From the NCBI GenBank assembly GCA_964016885.1, contig OZ024743.1, positions 146,134,001 to 146,198,000 on the forward strand: a DNA stretch of 64,000 nt, written 5' to 3'. Positions 27,261-40,889 of this stretch are shown here, one piece after another (the stretch's first letter is position 1; each line of letters starts with the position of its first letter). The notes below the pieces were generated by a model. That model worked only from the letters and a program-made list of their open reading frames with translations. It ran no database searches and was not told the origin of the DNA. Origin of the DNA: Eledone cirrhosa. Taxonomy: Eukaryota. A program made the translations under genes and the position numbers.

Positions 27261-27709
27261 TCTATATATATATATATATATATAAAATAGTTGCAATAAT
27301 AAATACAAAGACTGGAATCCATACTAGCGTGGAAGATGGACATTAAATGATGATGATGATAAGTATATATAAACTTGTAGAGCAAATATTTATTTTAGCA
27401 CAGATTAAAAGTTAACAGTTTAAGCAAATAATTTCTGCTTTCACCCTAAAGCAAGTTCTGAAACTGAGAAATATCAACTCATGGATACAGATGTAAATAT
27501 TTTCAAAAAGTCTTGGTCAAATATTGCCTTTGAAAAATAGAAAGACAATATTTGGCTGTAATTTCTTTTTTGAAATATTCACATGTGCGTTAACAGATTG
27601 ATATTTCTCAGCTTCAGAAGGTTCTGCTTTAGGCTGAAAGCAGAAATTGTTTGCCTAAACTTTTAATCCGTGCTAATAATAAACAATTAAAAAAAAACAC
27701 ACACACACA

Positions 27710-27750
<41 letters not shown>

Positions 27751-28449
27751 AATGCCCATGTGAGGTGAATGGAGATCAAGATAAATACACGAGTGATTTG
27801 ATATAAATTTCCGTGTGAATCATAGCAAGAATGTGACATTATCTAACCAGAATATGTCAGCCCATTGTACCACCAGTTACAACCATGCAATTGTATTTAC
27901 TAGAAGGCTGTTGACACGTAACTATCTACTATAGATAAAGTCAATGCTTCAGCATTTACTATTAGTTTCAACTTATTGTTTGTCATTAAATAAACCAGTA
28001 TGGGCAAGATGTCTTCCTCCAACCTATCTATGGGGGTCAGTAAATCTGAATAAGAACTGATTATTGGCAATTGAAACATTATTTTCTTGGTCTGATGACA
28101 GCAAAAAGCACACAGTCTACCGTGCAAGGTGGTTGTTTTGGTGACACAACAATAAGCACCGAGTCCAACCGGTAAGCTAGTCATGCTGGTAACACGACAA
28201 AAGCACCCAGTTCACCTTGTAAGGTGGTTGTGTTGGTACAACTATAAAAACACACCTAGTCTACCTTGTCAGATGGTTATTTTGGTGCCATGATAAAAAG
28301 CACCCAGTCTATGCTGTAATGTGGTTGGAATTTGGAAGGGCATTTGGCTGTAGAAACTAAACCAGAAATAGTTCCGTATGACCAAGACATGGGTCACCTG
28401 ATCTGACTTGTCTCATAATGTGATAACCCGCCTAACCCATGCAAGTAAA

Positions 28450-29278
28450 TAGGAAAGAAGACAGAGCCTTGATCTCTTCTTGGAAGTAGCCTTGTTTGAT
28501 ATGCAGAAAAGACGTAGGCAGAAACTCTATACAGTGTACACAATACAAATCTTCAGTACACAAGAAATGTGGTGGGACAGCAGGCAGACTAACAGGAGAG
28601 GAACACTTCATTTGTAATAGCTGTACAGAGATAATTGATACTAAGGGGGTCAGAGACATAAACCTTTTCCAATCACATGAAGGATCCATTGAAATGGTTG
28701 ATTGCTTCTGCTACCTAGGTGATCTAATTAGCAGTGGAGGAGGGCTCTCCAAATGCATAGTAGCTTGGTTAAGAACAGGATGGAAGAAGTTTAGGGAGTT
28801 ACTACCTCTGCTGACAATAAAAGGCTGTATAATGCTTGTGTGCGAAGTGCAATGTTGCATGGTAGTGAAATATGGGCAGTGACTGCAGAGGATATGCAAA
28901 GGCTGGGCAGAAATGAAGCAAGCATGCTTCGATGAATGTGCATGAATGAAAAAGCATGGATGAACTGAATAAAACTGAGTATAAGATGAATTAGATATAG
29001 TGTACAAGAGAGAAGACTACACTTGTATGGACATGTGATGTGTATGGATGATGATTGCTGAGTGAAAAAGTGCCAAGAAATCCCAGTGGAAGGAAGCTGC
29101 AGTAGAGGAAGACCAAGGAAGACCTGGGTGGAGGTGGTGACAGATCTCAAATTGCTGAAGCTCATAGAGGAGATGACAAAAGAACACAATGAGTGGAGAG
29201 ATGCTGTGTTCAAAAGGACTTGTCCAACCCATGTAAGCATGGAAAGGTGGATGTAAAAATGATGATGATGATGATGAT
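28450..29278 (+). mobile_element. RTE-clade LINE 3' fragment
   Basis: CFCYLGDLISSGGG...TGWKKFRELLPLL, GRPRKTW and a (GAT)n tail; frameshifted. Confidence 0.88.
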
Positions 29279-29383
29279 ATACATACATATAAATATATAA
29301 TTTTATTTTAAATAATTTTTCTTTTTCCAAATAATAATTTGGTTTATTTTTGTGTTTTGTTGTTGCAGTGATGTACTGGAGGA

Positions 29384-29915
29384 ATGGCAGAATCTGAGTG
29401 CCACTCTCAAGGAGGCCAACAAAATCGAACTAATTCCTCGTCCCGCTCTGTGTTAAATTCAATGACTCCTGGAGTTGGAACCCATGTGCCGATGGCTCCT
29501 GGAAGTGCAATGAACATGAGGTCAAACATGCAAAATGAAACAAGACATATGAATATGGATGCAAATGTTGATAAAATCTACCGCAAATATGCATGTCCTA
29601 CACTCATTACGCCCTCAGCAACGACATCAATGGTACCTGGAAACCAGTCTGTCACTTTGTCTTTAGCATCAGATGCAAATAACCCTGTATCCATGAACCC
29701 TGGAGATCAAACAGTTGGAGAAGGAGGAGACCAGAATCTTGATAAGCTTTATCGTAAATTTCCCTGTCCAACATGCTTTAAAGGTTTCAAGAGCAAGCAA
29801 CAGTTAATTCAGCATAATCTTGTACATACTGGTGCACGCAAATACCACTGTAGCTATTGTGATAAATCTTTCAAACAACTGTGTCATCTACAGCAGCACC
29901 ATCGTATACACACAG
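29384..29915 (+). CDS. C2H2 zinc-finger transcription factor (LIN-29/Rotund/ZNF384-ZNF362-like), first coding exon (N-terminus, fingers 1-2)
   Basis: Acceptor ttttgttgttgcAG ends at 29368. An in-frame TGA at 29369-29371 precedes ATG 29384, fixing the start. Encodes CPTC..HNLVH and CSYC..QLCHLQQHHRIH-TG. Phase-1 donor G|gttaga after 29915, inside the TGEKP linker. Confidence 0.93.
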
Positions 29916-32900
29916 GTTAGAGATTTCTTGTAGCTGTGCTTGGATGTGTGTATGCTGTAATGTAATATACTATGGTGCAATGTATGGGATATGTAGCATA
30001 GAGTGTGTATAGTGCAGTGTATTGTAATGTGTCGTATGATGTGTTAGTATGCTGATGTGTGTGGGATGTATTAAAAGATAATATAGTAGGTTGGTGTTAT
30101 ATGTAGTATGTTGTGTGTAATGTGTAGTGTACTGTTTGTGTATGTGGTGTACTTTGGTGTAATGTAATGTTGTGATGTGTAATGTAGTGCAGTGTCACAT
30201 GGCACAGTGTGTGTGTTTTTGGGATGTGTAATGTGGTCTCTTATGATGTTTGTGTTCATTATGCAAACTATGTGCATTTATTGTGTATTGTTTAGCTCTT
30301 AGAACATGATAAGTCTGGCATTTATTTTGTATATATTTCTAGTATGTAATTGTGTTGTATCTGTGTACGAGTGAGTGTGAACTGTGTATGTTATCAGTGT
30401 GATCTGTGTACGAGTGAGTGTGAACTGTGTATGTTATCAGTGTGCATTGTTTTAGTATATGTATATGTGTGGTGCTTTTCATGTGTGTGTGTGTCTCCTG
30501 TGTATGATGTTAGCTAAGTATATTGTTGTGTTTGGTGCTATCCTGTAATAGTATATGTATATGTGTGTGTGTGATCAAATGCCACATCACTTTGTTCATA
30601 AACTGTTTTGGGTTGTAGATTATGTGTGTTTAGATATATTTGTGAAAAAATGTGTATAGGTAAGCTTAATTGAGAGTAAGTCTCCGTGGAGTTATAATGT
30701 GTGTGTGTGTATATATATATATATAGGCTTATTTTTTGTAGTTGAGAATGTATAGAAATATGCCTGTGAGGTAGATAATACTGTAAACTACATGTGGCAG
30801 AAAATCACAAGTGTGTGTGTGTGGACGGCAGCTTATCTGCAAATATATAAATATAGAGTGTGTTTTGTATTATAAAATAAAACTATATTTTTCTATGTTG
30901 AAATCTGTTAAGAATATTTTTGTTTATGTACACTTTTTAATATTTTATCTTCGAAACTTTATAGTTTGAATATAATTTATTGTTTATACTTTTTGATATT
31001 TTGTGGAAAATTTTATATAAATTTAGCTTGTGGCTGGCAAAATTGGTAGAGCATTTGACAAAACACCTCAGAATATTTGGTTATGTTTCTTCACATTCTG
31101 AGTTCAAATCTCACTCTGATTGACTTTGCCTTTCATCCTTCTAGGGTTTATAAAATAAGTGCTGGGGTCAATCTAATCAGTTATATCCTTGCAGGTTTTA
31201 CTCCAACATGGCCATAGTCCAATAATTGAAACTAGTAAAATAATTTTATAAGCTATGAGACAGTGGGACATTTCATTTCTCTATTCTTTAGCAGTTAGAT
31301 TTATTTGTGGTATGATCCATAATAAATCTGACAAACTGTTTAAACAAAGTTATTGAATAAATATTTTGAATAATATATATATCCAAGCAATCCAGGCACA
31401 GGTATGGCTGTATGGTTAAAAAATTTGCTCACAACTACAGTAAAATTCCATGATAATGAAATTCATGGGGTATAAAAAAACATTTGTTGTAATGAAAAAT
31501 TCTTTATAACGAGATAGACCAAAACAAATTGAGCGTTTATTTGTTATTACATCTGGGATTGAAAAAAATTTTGTTATACTGAAAAATTCATTATAATGGT
31601 ATTCATTATAACAGAATTTTACCTGTATACAACTATGTGGTTTTGGGTTCTATCCCACTGCTTGGCACCTTGGGCAAATGCTTTTTACTATAGCTTCCTG
31701 TCGACCAAAGCCTTGTGTGTAAAATTTGGTAGATGGAAAATATGTAGAAGTCTGTTAGAGGGTCTGCTCTTGTTCTTATGTGGTAAACATAATCCATTGC
31801 CTGATTTAATACCACATGACCTTTGCATGCTTTCGGCAGAGTCTACTCTGTTGTAAGCATGTGGATAATTTCTTTTCTTTCTAGTACAAGTCATGGTAAC
31901 CCTGAAAGGTGCAATGGGTATTATCTTTTCATACCATTATAGAACAAAAATGACATTTTCATGGATAACTAAGTTAGTGTTAACATATTTAATGCATAGA
32001 CCATTATGCATTAAATATGTTATGGTGCAGGAAAAGAGATTGTTTTCAAAGGAAATATTTCATAGAAACCACTTGTATGAAAAACATTAGTTATATTAGT
32101 CTTAACATATTTATTGCAGGAAGCGTTAAAAAGCTAACTAGAAATATATATGAATTGATAAAAAAAGGTTGACTAATGTGATTTTTATTTTTTCAGCAAA
32201 TGTGGGAGACAACTTTAGACATATTTCATTTTTGTTCATTTGCAAAACATAACATTCAACATTACTTGCTAATGTAGTAGTGAAAGAATCATTAGGTAAT
32301 AAGAAAATAGAATATAACATAAACGAGATGTGGTCCTCCACTCGTCTAGTCTTGGATCATGATGATCTATCCAACCCATGGCAGCATGGAAAGTGGACAT
32401 AAAATGAGGATGAGGATGATGAATTGTTTTAAAATTATATAATTCAAAGCTGAAGGTTAGGTCAGGCTTTAGTATGGTCTGGCACTGTTGTTGCACACTG
32501 TCTCCATATGTTAAGTGTTATAATGTAATAACTATGATCAGTTTTGTTAAAGGTATGGGCAAGAAGCAAGAAGAAAGTCAATAAGAATGTGCAATCCTGA
32601 TGATTGAGTTTTTAAATCTAAAAATATTTTACATCAAGACTAAATGTAAATGTTTCACTGATTTGTTTTATAGTATGTTATGGTGTATTGCATAGTTTTT
32701 CTGATGTTATCATTGTTGTTAAAAGGAACACTCATTTGTAAATTATTTTCTTTAGAGAGTCCCAAATACAGAAAATGATTTACAACTGCCAATCACAATA
32801 AATAATAGTTGAGAAAATTGGATAAATCACGTCTAGAGACAGAAAAAAGGAATAGGTGTGATCTGCCAAATTTTCTCAACTATTATTTATAGATATTGAT

Positions 32901-33733
32901 TGTTGTTAACAGTTATTTTGTGCATTTGGGACTATCATTCTTTTAAATTTCAAACACTCCCAGTACTTCAATTTCATTTCAATTGTAATCCATTGTGGTT
33001 ACTGGAAAGTGTTGCATTGCTCTAGTGCTTATCTCCATTTTGATTGCTTTGAGCAGTTAGGCAGTTGACCAGCAATTATTTCTTTCAATAGTGTCACTGT
33101 AATTGTCTCCATGTCACCAGTTTACAAGTAGATGGATTAGTATATTCACCAGTGATAAAATGCCTTGTTGGTGACGGTGATACAAAAAGTTAAAACTTTG
33201 GTTAGTAAACTTGAATCCTAATTTGGCCAGCTATGGCCCTCCACAAAGTGTAGGGAAGAAAAGTGAAATTTACAGCTCATGCATATACAGGTTTGGCTGG
33301 CCTGCTACAAGGTTGCATCTCACTAGAAGTTTCTTGGGTGTTTTAATTATAGGGACCCTAGTCCTATCATGTAAAACAATATGAAATGTAGTGTCTAGCA
33401 CAAAAACAGAATGCATTGTCTGGTCCAGGAATTGAACCCATAGCCTTATGATCATGAGCCCAACAAATTAACCACTAAGCCACACTAATAGAGAACTATT
33501 CAAATGGGAAGGATAAATTAAAATCTTTTTCTCTTATTGTAACTCTTAACAATTTTATTAACCTTTGCTGTAAAACTTTACCTCTGTGTCATGTATTTAA
33601 TTTATTTTAATACTTCTGTTTTTAAGTTTAAAAAAGAAAATTGTTTCTTTTAATATTTCCTGTCTTCTTTTGGTGATGCTTCAATTCAAATTAATTTTCA
33701 ACTGAAAATAATCTTATTGGTTTATTTCAACAG

Positions 33734-33918
33734 GGGAAAAACCCTACAAATGCACTTTAGGCGAGTGTGACCGCTCATTTGCACAGCTGTCCAATCTCCA
33801 ACATCACTTACGTAACCATGACGATCAGGTGAAAAAAGCTGCAAACAAACAACATGCTTGTGTCATCTGTAACAGAAGTTATACGAATGAAAGCAGTTTA
33901 AAATCCCATACACTAAAG
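33734..33918 (+). CDS. Same zinc-finger gene, second coding exon (finger 3 and most of finger 4); absent from the ORF track
   Basis: Acceptor tttatttcaacAG ends at 33733. The phase-1 join gives [62 protein letters not shown]. Phase-0 donor AAG|gtgata. Confidence 0.95.
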
Positions 33919-33936
33919 GTGATAAGCAATTATGAT

Positions 33937-33940
<4 letters not shown>

Positions 33941-33997
<57 letters not shown>

Positions 33998-34135
33998 TGT
34001 ATGTATGTATATATATATGAATGTATATATATATATATGTATGTATATATATATGTATGTATATATATATATATGTATGTATATATATAAATGTATGTAT
34101 GTATATATATAAATGTATGTATATATATATATATG

Positions 34136-34167
<32 letters not shown>

Positions 34168-34177
34168 TAAATGTATG

Positions 34178-34209
<32 letters not shown>

Positions 34210-34219
34210 TATATAAATG

Positions 34220-34267
<48 letters not shown>

Positions 34268-34272
34268 GTATG

Positions 34273-34317
<45 letters not shown>

Positions 34318-34324
34318 GTATATA

Positions 34325-34356
<32 letters not shown>

Positions 34357-34680
34357 AATATATATGTATGTGTATATATATGTATATATATGTATGTATA
34401 TATATATGTATGTGTATATATATGTATATATATATATGTATATATATACATGTATGTATATATATATGTATATATATATGTATATATATATGTATGTATA
34501 TATATATATGTATATATATATGTATATATATATGTATGTATATATATATGTATATATATATGTATATATATATGTATGTATATATGTATGTATATATATA
34601 TGTATGTATATATATATGTATATATATATGTATGTATATATATATGTATATATATATGTATATGTATATATATATGTATG

Positions 34681-34729
<49 letters not shown>

Positions 34730-34957
34730 ATATATATGTATGTATATATATATGTATATATGTATGTATATATATATGTATGTATATATATATATAAAAA
34801 AATGATGATGATATGTATGTATATATGTATGTATATATGTATGTGTATATATATATATGTATGTATATATATGTATATATGTATGTATATATATATGTAT
34901 GTATATATATATGTATGTATGTATATATATATATATATGTATGTCTATATATATGTC

Positions 34958-35008
<51 letters not shown>

Positions 35009-35101
35009 ATATATATATATATATGTCTATATATATATATGTCTATATATATATATATATATATGTCTATATATATGTATGTATGTATATATATATATAT
35101 G

Positions 35102-35175
<74 letters not shown>

Positions 35176-35188
35176 CATATATATATAT

Positions 35189-35285
<97 letters not shown>

Positions 35286-35340
35286 CATACATATATATAT
35301 ATGTGTGTATGTATATACATGTATGTATGTATGTATATAC
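33941..35340. repeat. 1.4-kb degenerate (TA)n/(TATG)n/(TACA)n tract
   Basis: Direct reading; it is the source of the spurious YI-rich ORFs. Confidence 0.98.
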
Positions 35341-35834
35341 ACACATAATACACACATTTATTTATTTATTTCATATTCCTTCTTTTTTCTTTGTTTCTGT
35401 ACTGTTTGTGGAGTATTATATTGCTTGATTAAATATTTCCTCAACATTTACTGGTGTATGGTTATAGAAAACTGGATATTTAATTAAGACACTACAATTT
35501 CTCTGATTTATCCTTTAATCTATAGGCAAAGTTGACACTAGTATAATTTGAACTTAGAACATAGCGGTACGATAGTTAAAAAAATACATTGAAAGCATTC
35601 AGTTCACTTTTCTATTATTATAAAACTTGATTGACACTTTTACATTCAACTACAAAAGGATGCGAGGCTTTTTGACTTCAATGCAATTTGAACTCCGAAT
35701 GTAAATGGACATAACTGAATACTACAAGAAGTTTTGATGATTCTATCAACCCAATAATAATAGACTAAAAAGAGATATAATATATAGTTTAGACTTAAAC
35801 AAAATAATAACAAAAAAATATCTAAAAATCTATG

Positions 35835-37063
35835 TTATAATAAGAGCACTGTCTGTCTGTCCATCACCCTCACTTTATATAGGGACAGGGAGCACCAAGC
35901 AAGAAATATGTACATAAAGAGAGAAAGGGGAGCCTTGTATTTTCGAGGTGACAGAAAGAGATAGATAGACAGAAAAGGGGTAGCATCAAGCTGAAGAGAT
36001 GTTCATGGGTAGAGAGAGAAAAGGAACACCATTTGTTTAGAGAGTGTGTGTGTGACAGAAAGAGGGAGAAGATGACGTTGCCCTCATCGAGTATATATAA
36101 CTAAGACTGTCATCAGCCTTAACTAGAATGTAAATAATTCTAAACCAAACCTATGCTCTCCACAGACTCAAGCAAACACAAATTATAATTCCACAATCAA
36201 CCATACCCGCCATATACATACCACATAGCTATGAATTAAATTGAAATACGCCCTCTCAGTAAAACAACAACCAATCTACTCGAATTACTGGTATTGGGGT
36301 GTTTGATGTCATCAGACTGCAGCCATTTATAATGTAGTTTCATTATTGGCAGTATCGGTAGAGGGTTGGACGCCATGCTTTCTAGCATAGTTACGTCCCT
36401 TTACAGTCTGAGTTCAAATCCCGCCGAGGTTAACTTTGCCTTTCATCCTTACGGGGTCGATAAAATAAAGTACCAGTAATGTACTGGGTAATTGCTGGCC
36501 TTGTGCCTAAAGTCGAAACAATTATTACTCTACAGCAACTACTACATAATCAATACAACCACCAGAAACTACCTCTGAATCATGACCCCCCAACGAACCT
36601 AACCCAGAATAATGATAACAGAAACCAGGTTGTTGTAGTTGAAGAAAAATGAAGGTTATGTAAAATTATGTATGTTGCAATACTAGAATATACGAGAATT
36701 GGGATCAACAGACAAGAGAAATAGAAGACTACAACTATGTGGTATGGTAGGATTCTAAAGAATGGCTCCTGTTAGTTTAGAGCATTTGCTCCTAAACTTA
36801 TTTTGCCATAGAACACTTATATGATTTCCTCCAAACCAAGGAACTCACACTTATGGCTTATGGATAATCCCTATATCCTAACTTTAACAAGACATTAAAT
36901 GAAACCCAGATTCTTTTTGTACAACTTTGGGGAAATACTGGTTTAAAGAAATGGTTAGTTAAAATAAGAATTGTAAAACATTGGGTTAAAGAAATTTTGT
37001 GAATGGTATTAGAGATTTAGATAAAATTAGCCTTAACTAGAATCTGGGATGTCAAATTACTAG
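35835..37063 (+). mobile_element. Probable decayed non-autonomous Helitron-like element in an intron, interrupted by a SINE
   Basis: Starts tataataagagcactgtctgtctgtc, has a GA-rich interior, and ends with ...aattaCTAGt near 37060. Confidence 0.35.
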
Positions 37064-39519
37064 TTTAAAATTGCTCCCAAAGAAGAAACAATTCTTTTCT
37101 TAAGGAAATAATTGTTTCTACCTTTGGCACAAGGCCAACAATTAACCAGTACATTACTGGTACTTTATTTTATCGACCCCGTAAGGATGAAAGGCAAAGT
37201 TGACCTCAACGGGATTTGAACTCAGAATGGAAAGGGACGTAACTATGCTGGAAAGCATGGCGTCCGACCCTCAAAATAATGATTTCTAACATAGGCAGAG
37301 GGCGTGTAGGAAATTCACCTCGGTTTCTAGGATAGCCACATCATATCCCATATCGTAACAGTTAACTAAAAAGGTTGGCTCAAGGAAGAGCATCTGGTTG
37401 TAAAACATTGTCTTAAAACAACCTATCTAACTCAAAAACAATGACGTATTTTATGACATCTATTTTATTTACCCATTGATTGAAATAGAATTTAAACTTA
37501 GAATATAAAGGGAGATAACTCATGACTGCCATATATTTTGTGTAATCAAACATCATAAACTCCATTTTACCATCCCCAGAGAAGATAGGCTCTGAGAGTA
37601 TGTACTTATTTCGTAGAGTACCGAATATTTGTTTAAATTGTAAACAATTAAAATGAACTACTTTACAATGATTGAGAACCAAATATTTTCTTGATTCTAT
37701 TTGTACTGTAAAGTAATAATTAAAATTATAGAAATTATTTTGCTTCCCATCATTATCCAGCTTTTCTTTTTACTGTTGTCGTGGGTTAAAACCATACATT
37801 AAAGCATTTCCTTTTTGTTTTGTTTTTATGCCTCTTTTTGTTATATATTCTAATTTTGTCTTTTTTTATTTACGTTTGCCGTTTTTTATGTGTCTATATA
37901 TACTGTATATACTTGTGTATGTCACACATTTTCCCCACGAAAATACAATATGAAAAACCATCATATAACTTATCTACTGGATCTACAAAATCTCAATTCA
38001 AAATGTTATGTTGTAAATGTTGTATCAAAAATGTTTTTGAAAAGCAGTGTGACCTATACATGAGTATATGTGTATACAGTATATATATCTTTGCTAGTCA
38101 TTGTGCTATATATATATATATTTGCAAAATATTCTTCAGTTCTATTATTTTCTATTGTAACCTATGATAGTTTTAAGTTTATTTCTATGATTTTTGTGTA
38201 ATTTTGCTTTGTAGGAAAATACTTTATGAAATGGTTGCTAAATTGATAGTAAGCCTAGAATATAAAACTAGATTTTTTTTTTATATTTCTATCTTTTTTT
38301 TTTTCTCTATGAAGGGGACTGGCCTTCTAAAACATCAGTCTTTATAATCCAATATTATTTATATTTGAAAACATGAGTGTGAAAGTTTATATACATTTAT
38401 TAATTTCCAAGCCATTTTATCAACTTCAGCTTATTTACAAAAATACAAGTGTGGGTGATATCACCTTATTATTTTTTCTGATACATTGCTTGTATTTATA
38501 ACACTTCATCAAGCTAACATTTGGTTTCATATTATTCCAAATTTAGTGTATACTATATTGCTATCATACACTTTATGTATTTTACTACTTACCATGTATT
38601 CTATTTTGTTTTTAGTGTACCCATCGGGGCTCTTTTATGTCCACATCGTAAAATATTTGAACTTTTTAAAATATGTTGCCTATGGTAAGTTTAATAAGTT
38701 CGGCCAATTCTATAAGTCTTTCTTTCCATTCCATTTCTGTATTTTCCAAGAATGTTTTTCCCAAATACTTATAAAACTCTCCACTTGTAAGACACTAAGG
38801 TTAACATATTGTTAAACTCTATTCTATTATTTCAGTCTGAAACAATATTGTTTTTAATCCATAAAATAAATATATATTTTTACATGTACCATATCTAAAT
38901 CATCAATTATTTATATAGCCTAAAAACCTTTAAGATATTTTGATATATGTTTTGACATTTTGTTGGTATTAACATTATATTTACAAAATATTGTAGAAAT
39001 GGTTTTTGTTAATTGATTTTAACTTTTGGTAGCTTTGTAAGCAGCTAAATGTTCAACCCTTTCATTTTGTATTATGTGGTTTTTGTCTACCTTGGTGATG
39101 TCTATGCTGTTGTACACCAAGTAAAATTTTGATTTTCAACCACTGATGTTGTTCAAATGATTTCTGTGACCACATTGCAAATTCTCACATTATAATCATT
39201 GCTACTAGACAATGTATCTACTCTCTGTTCTGCTTACATTTTGTTATCTAATCAAACATAATTTACTTAAGCCAGATTTGAAAGCTGTTATTTCACACTT
39301 CATGAGGTTAGTTGACTAAAATATTGAAAAGACATGATTAATTAGAATATTAAAAGAATACACATCTGACATAATTTCATTGTTATATAAAAGGCAGTAA
39401 AGTATTGTTTTGGATTATATGTAAAAATCAATATTTTTTATAAACTGCTATAATAATTATATATATACAACAGTGAATAAAATGTGGTGTGGTAAATAAA
39501 TATATACATATACACCAGG

Positions 39520-39980
39520 TCCGAACACAATGGTACCAAATTCCCACTGTCACTGCCTCCGTCTCTCCCACTTTCCGCATCTCTTACTATTATGAGCAAA
39601 TGGGGGCCCATGCGCTGGCTACCCTACAGCCCCGGTGGACAGAATAGAGAAGACGTTTCCCTGTAGGATGGTGAGAGAGACGTGCTGGAAGAGCCATTCC
39701 AGCTCGCGAGGCTTACACCTGTAAGTAGCCAACTCTGTGCCGATAGTGGTGAGTAGGGAGGTGGTCCAAGGGCCAAGGACTCCAGAAGTCTCCATTGTTA
39801 CAGGCTTGACCGCAAACTTGTCAGAGAGTGACCGATATTTGGAGAGTTTACCCTCCTCAGCCTGAAGTGCAGCAGAGCCTGGGTTAGTCGCAGCCTGCAC
39901 CAGGTTGCTGCTGGAGAATGTGTTGCTGCATGTAGCAACCCAGATGAGGGTTTTATCACTGTGGAACAGGAAGATGGTCA
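39520..39980 (-). mobile_element. CRE-like non-LTR retrotransposon 3' fragment (restriction-like endonuclease region)
   Basis: LIWVATC...AEEGKLSKY...PVTMETSGVLGP...WLFQHVSLTILQGNVFSIL. Confidence 0.75.
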
Positions 39981-40889
39981 TTTCATTGTTATTTTCAAAA
40001 AGAAGTTCATAAAAACCTTCTAAATTTGACATTATATTTGAAGTTATTAATATAAGAAAGATATTTAATTATACTTGAGAGTGATATGATTCATGCACCT
40101 GTTAGTTTTAATAATCTTCTTCATCATTGACAGGAGATTGATTTTATTTATGTTGAATATCTTAATAGTAGTAGCTTGAAGAAGACCTGTAGTAACTATA
40201 AAAACGATTGTTAATGTCAAGCTACTATTCACTACATAGATTGTTATATCATTCACTTCTCTGATTGTGGTCCAAAACTACTATACTTTTTATGATCAGC
40301 CCTTAATGACAGAATTGATTTGTGACCTAATGATGGAAGGCCTTAAATCCATTGACTGTGACATTTTATATTGTTTTACAATTCTCATTGAATTAACTGA
40401 CTGTGAACTCTAAGACACTTCTCATTTCTGATCTACTAAACTTTATTGATCACAGACAGTATATTGGTGTGCACACGTGGATGTATGCATCTATATGATT
40501 TTAGTTCTTAAGTTTAGCGTCATCCACACAAATACGTAGGCAAACTCATATTTGTATGGGACTTAATCAAGAGTTGCTGTTACCTATTCTATTGTATTGT
40601 TTACATAAAACTGGCACCCATATTGTTACCTGTTCCAGCATGCTGCTTATGTGAGGAATTCTAATATTAAACTGATATCTGAAGGCTTGCAATGTACAGT
40701 ACACTGTAACTGCTATTAGAGATATTGAACTCCCATGAATTGCATAGAATATTTAATGTCAAGACCTTTTTTCTTATGCACTATAGCCACTATTATAAAA
40801 CAGTTTCATATTTGTTTTGATGAGATACAGTATATTTAGTTAATAGTTGTGATGTTAGCCATTAATTCACATATGGATTTCTTTTTCAG

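Noticed and set aside
30360-30444. 43-bp tandem duplication in a GT-rich intron
   Set aside because: Simple local slippage with no further structure.
33930-35487. Multiple 100-350 aa Tyr/Ile ORFs
   Set aside because: Translations of the TA microsatellite; the same applies to the RE/LS ORFs at 3075-3468.
37930-38050. Cys-containing intronic ORF as an extra zinc-finger exon
   Set aside because: No C2H2 spacing and no convincing in-phase splice sites.
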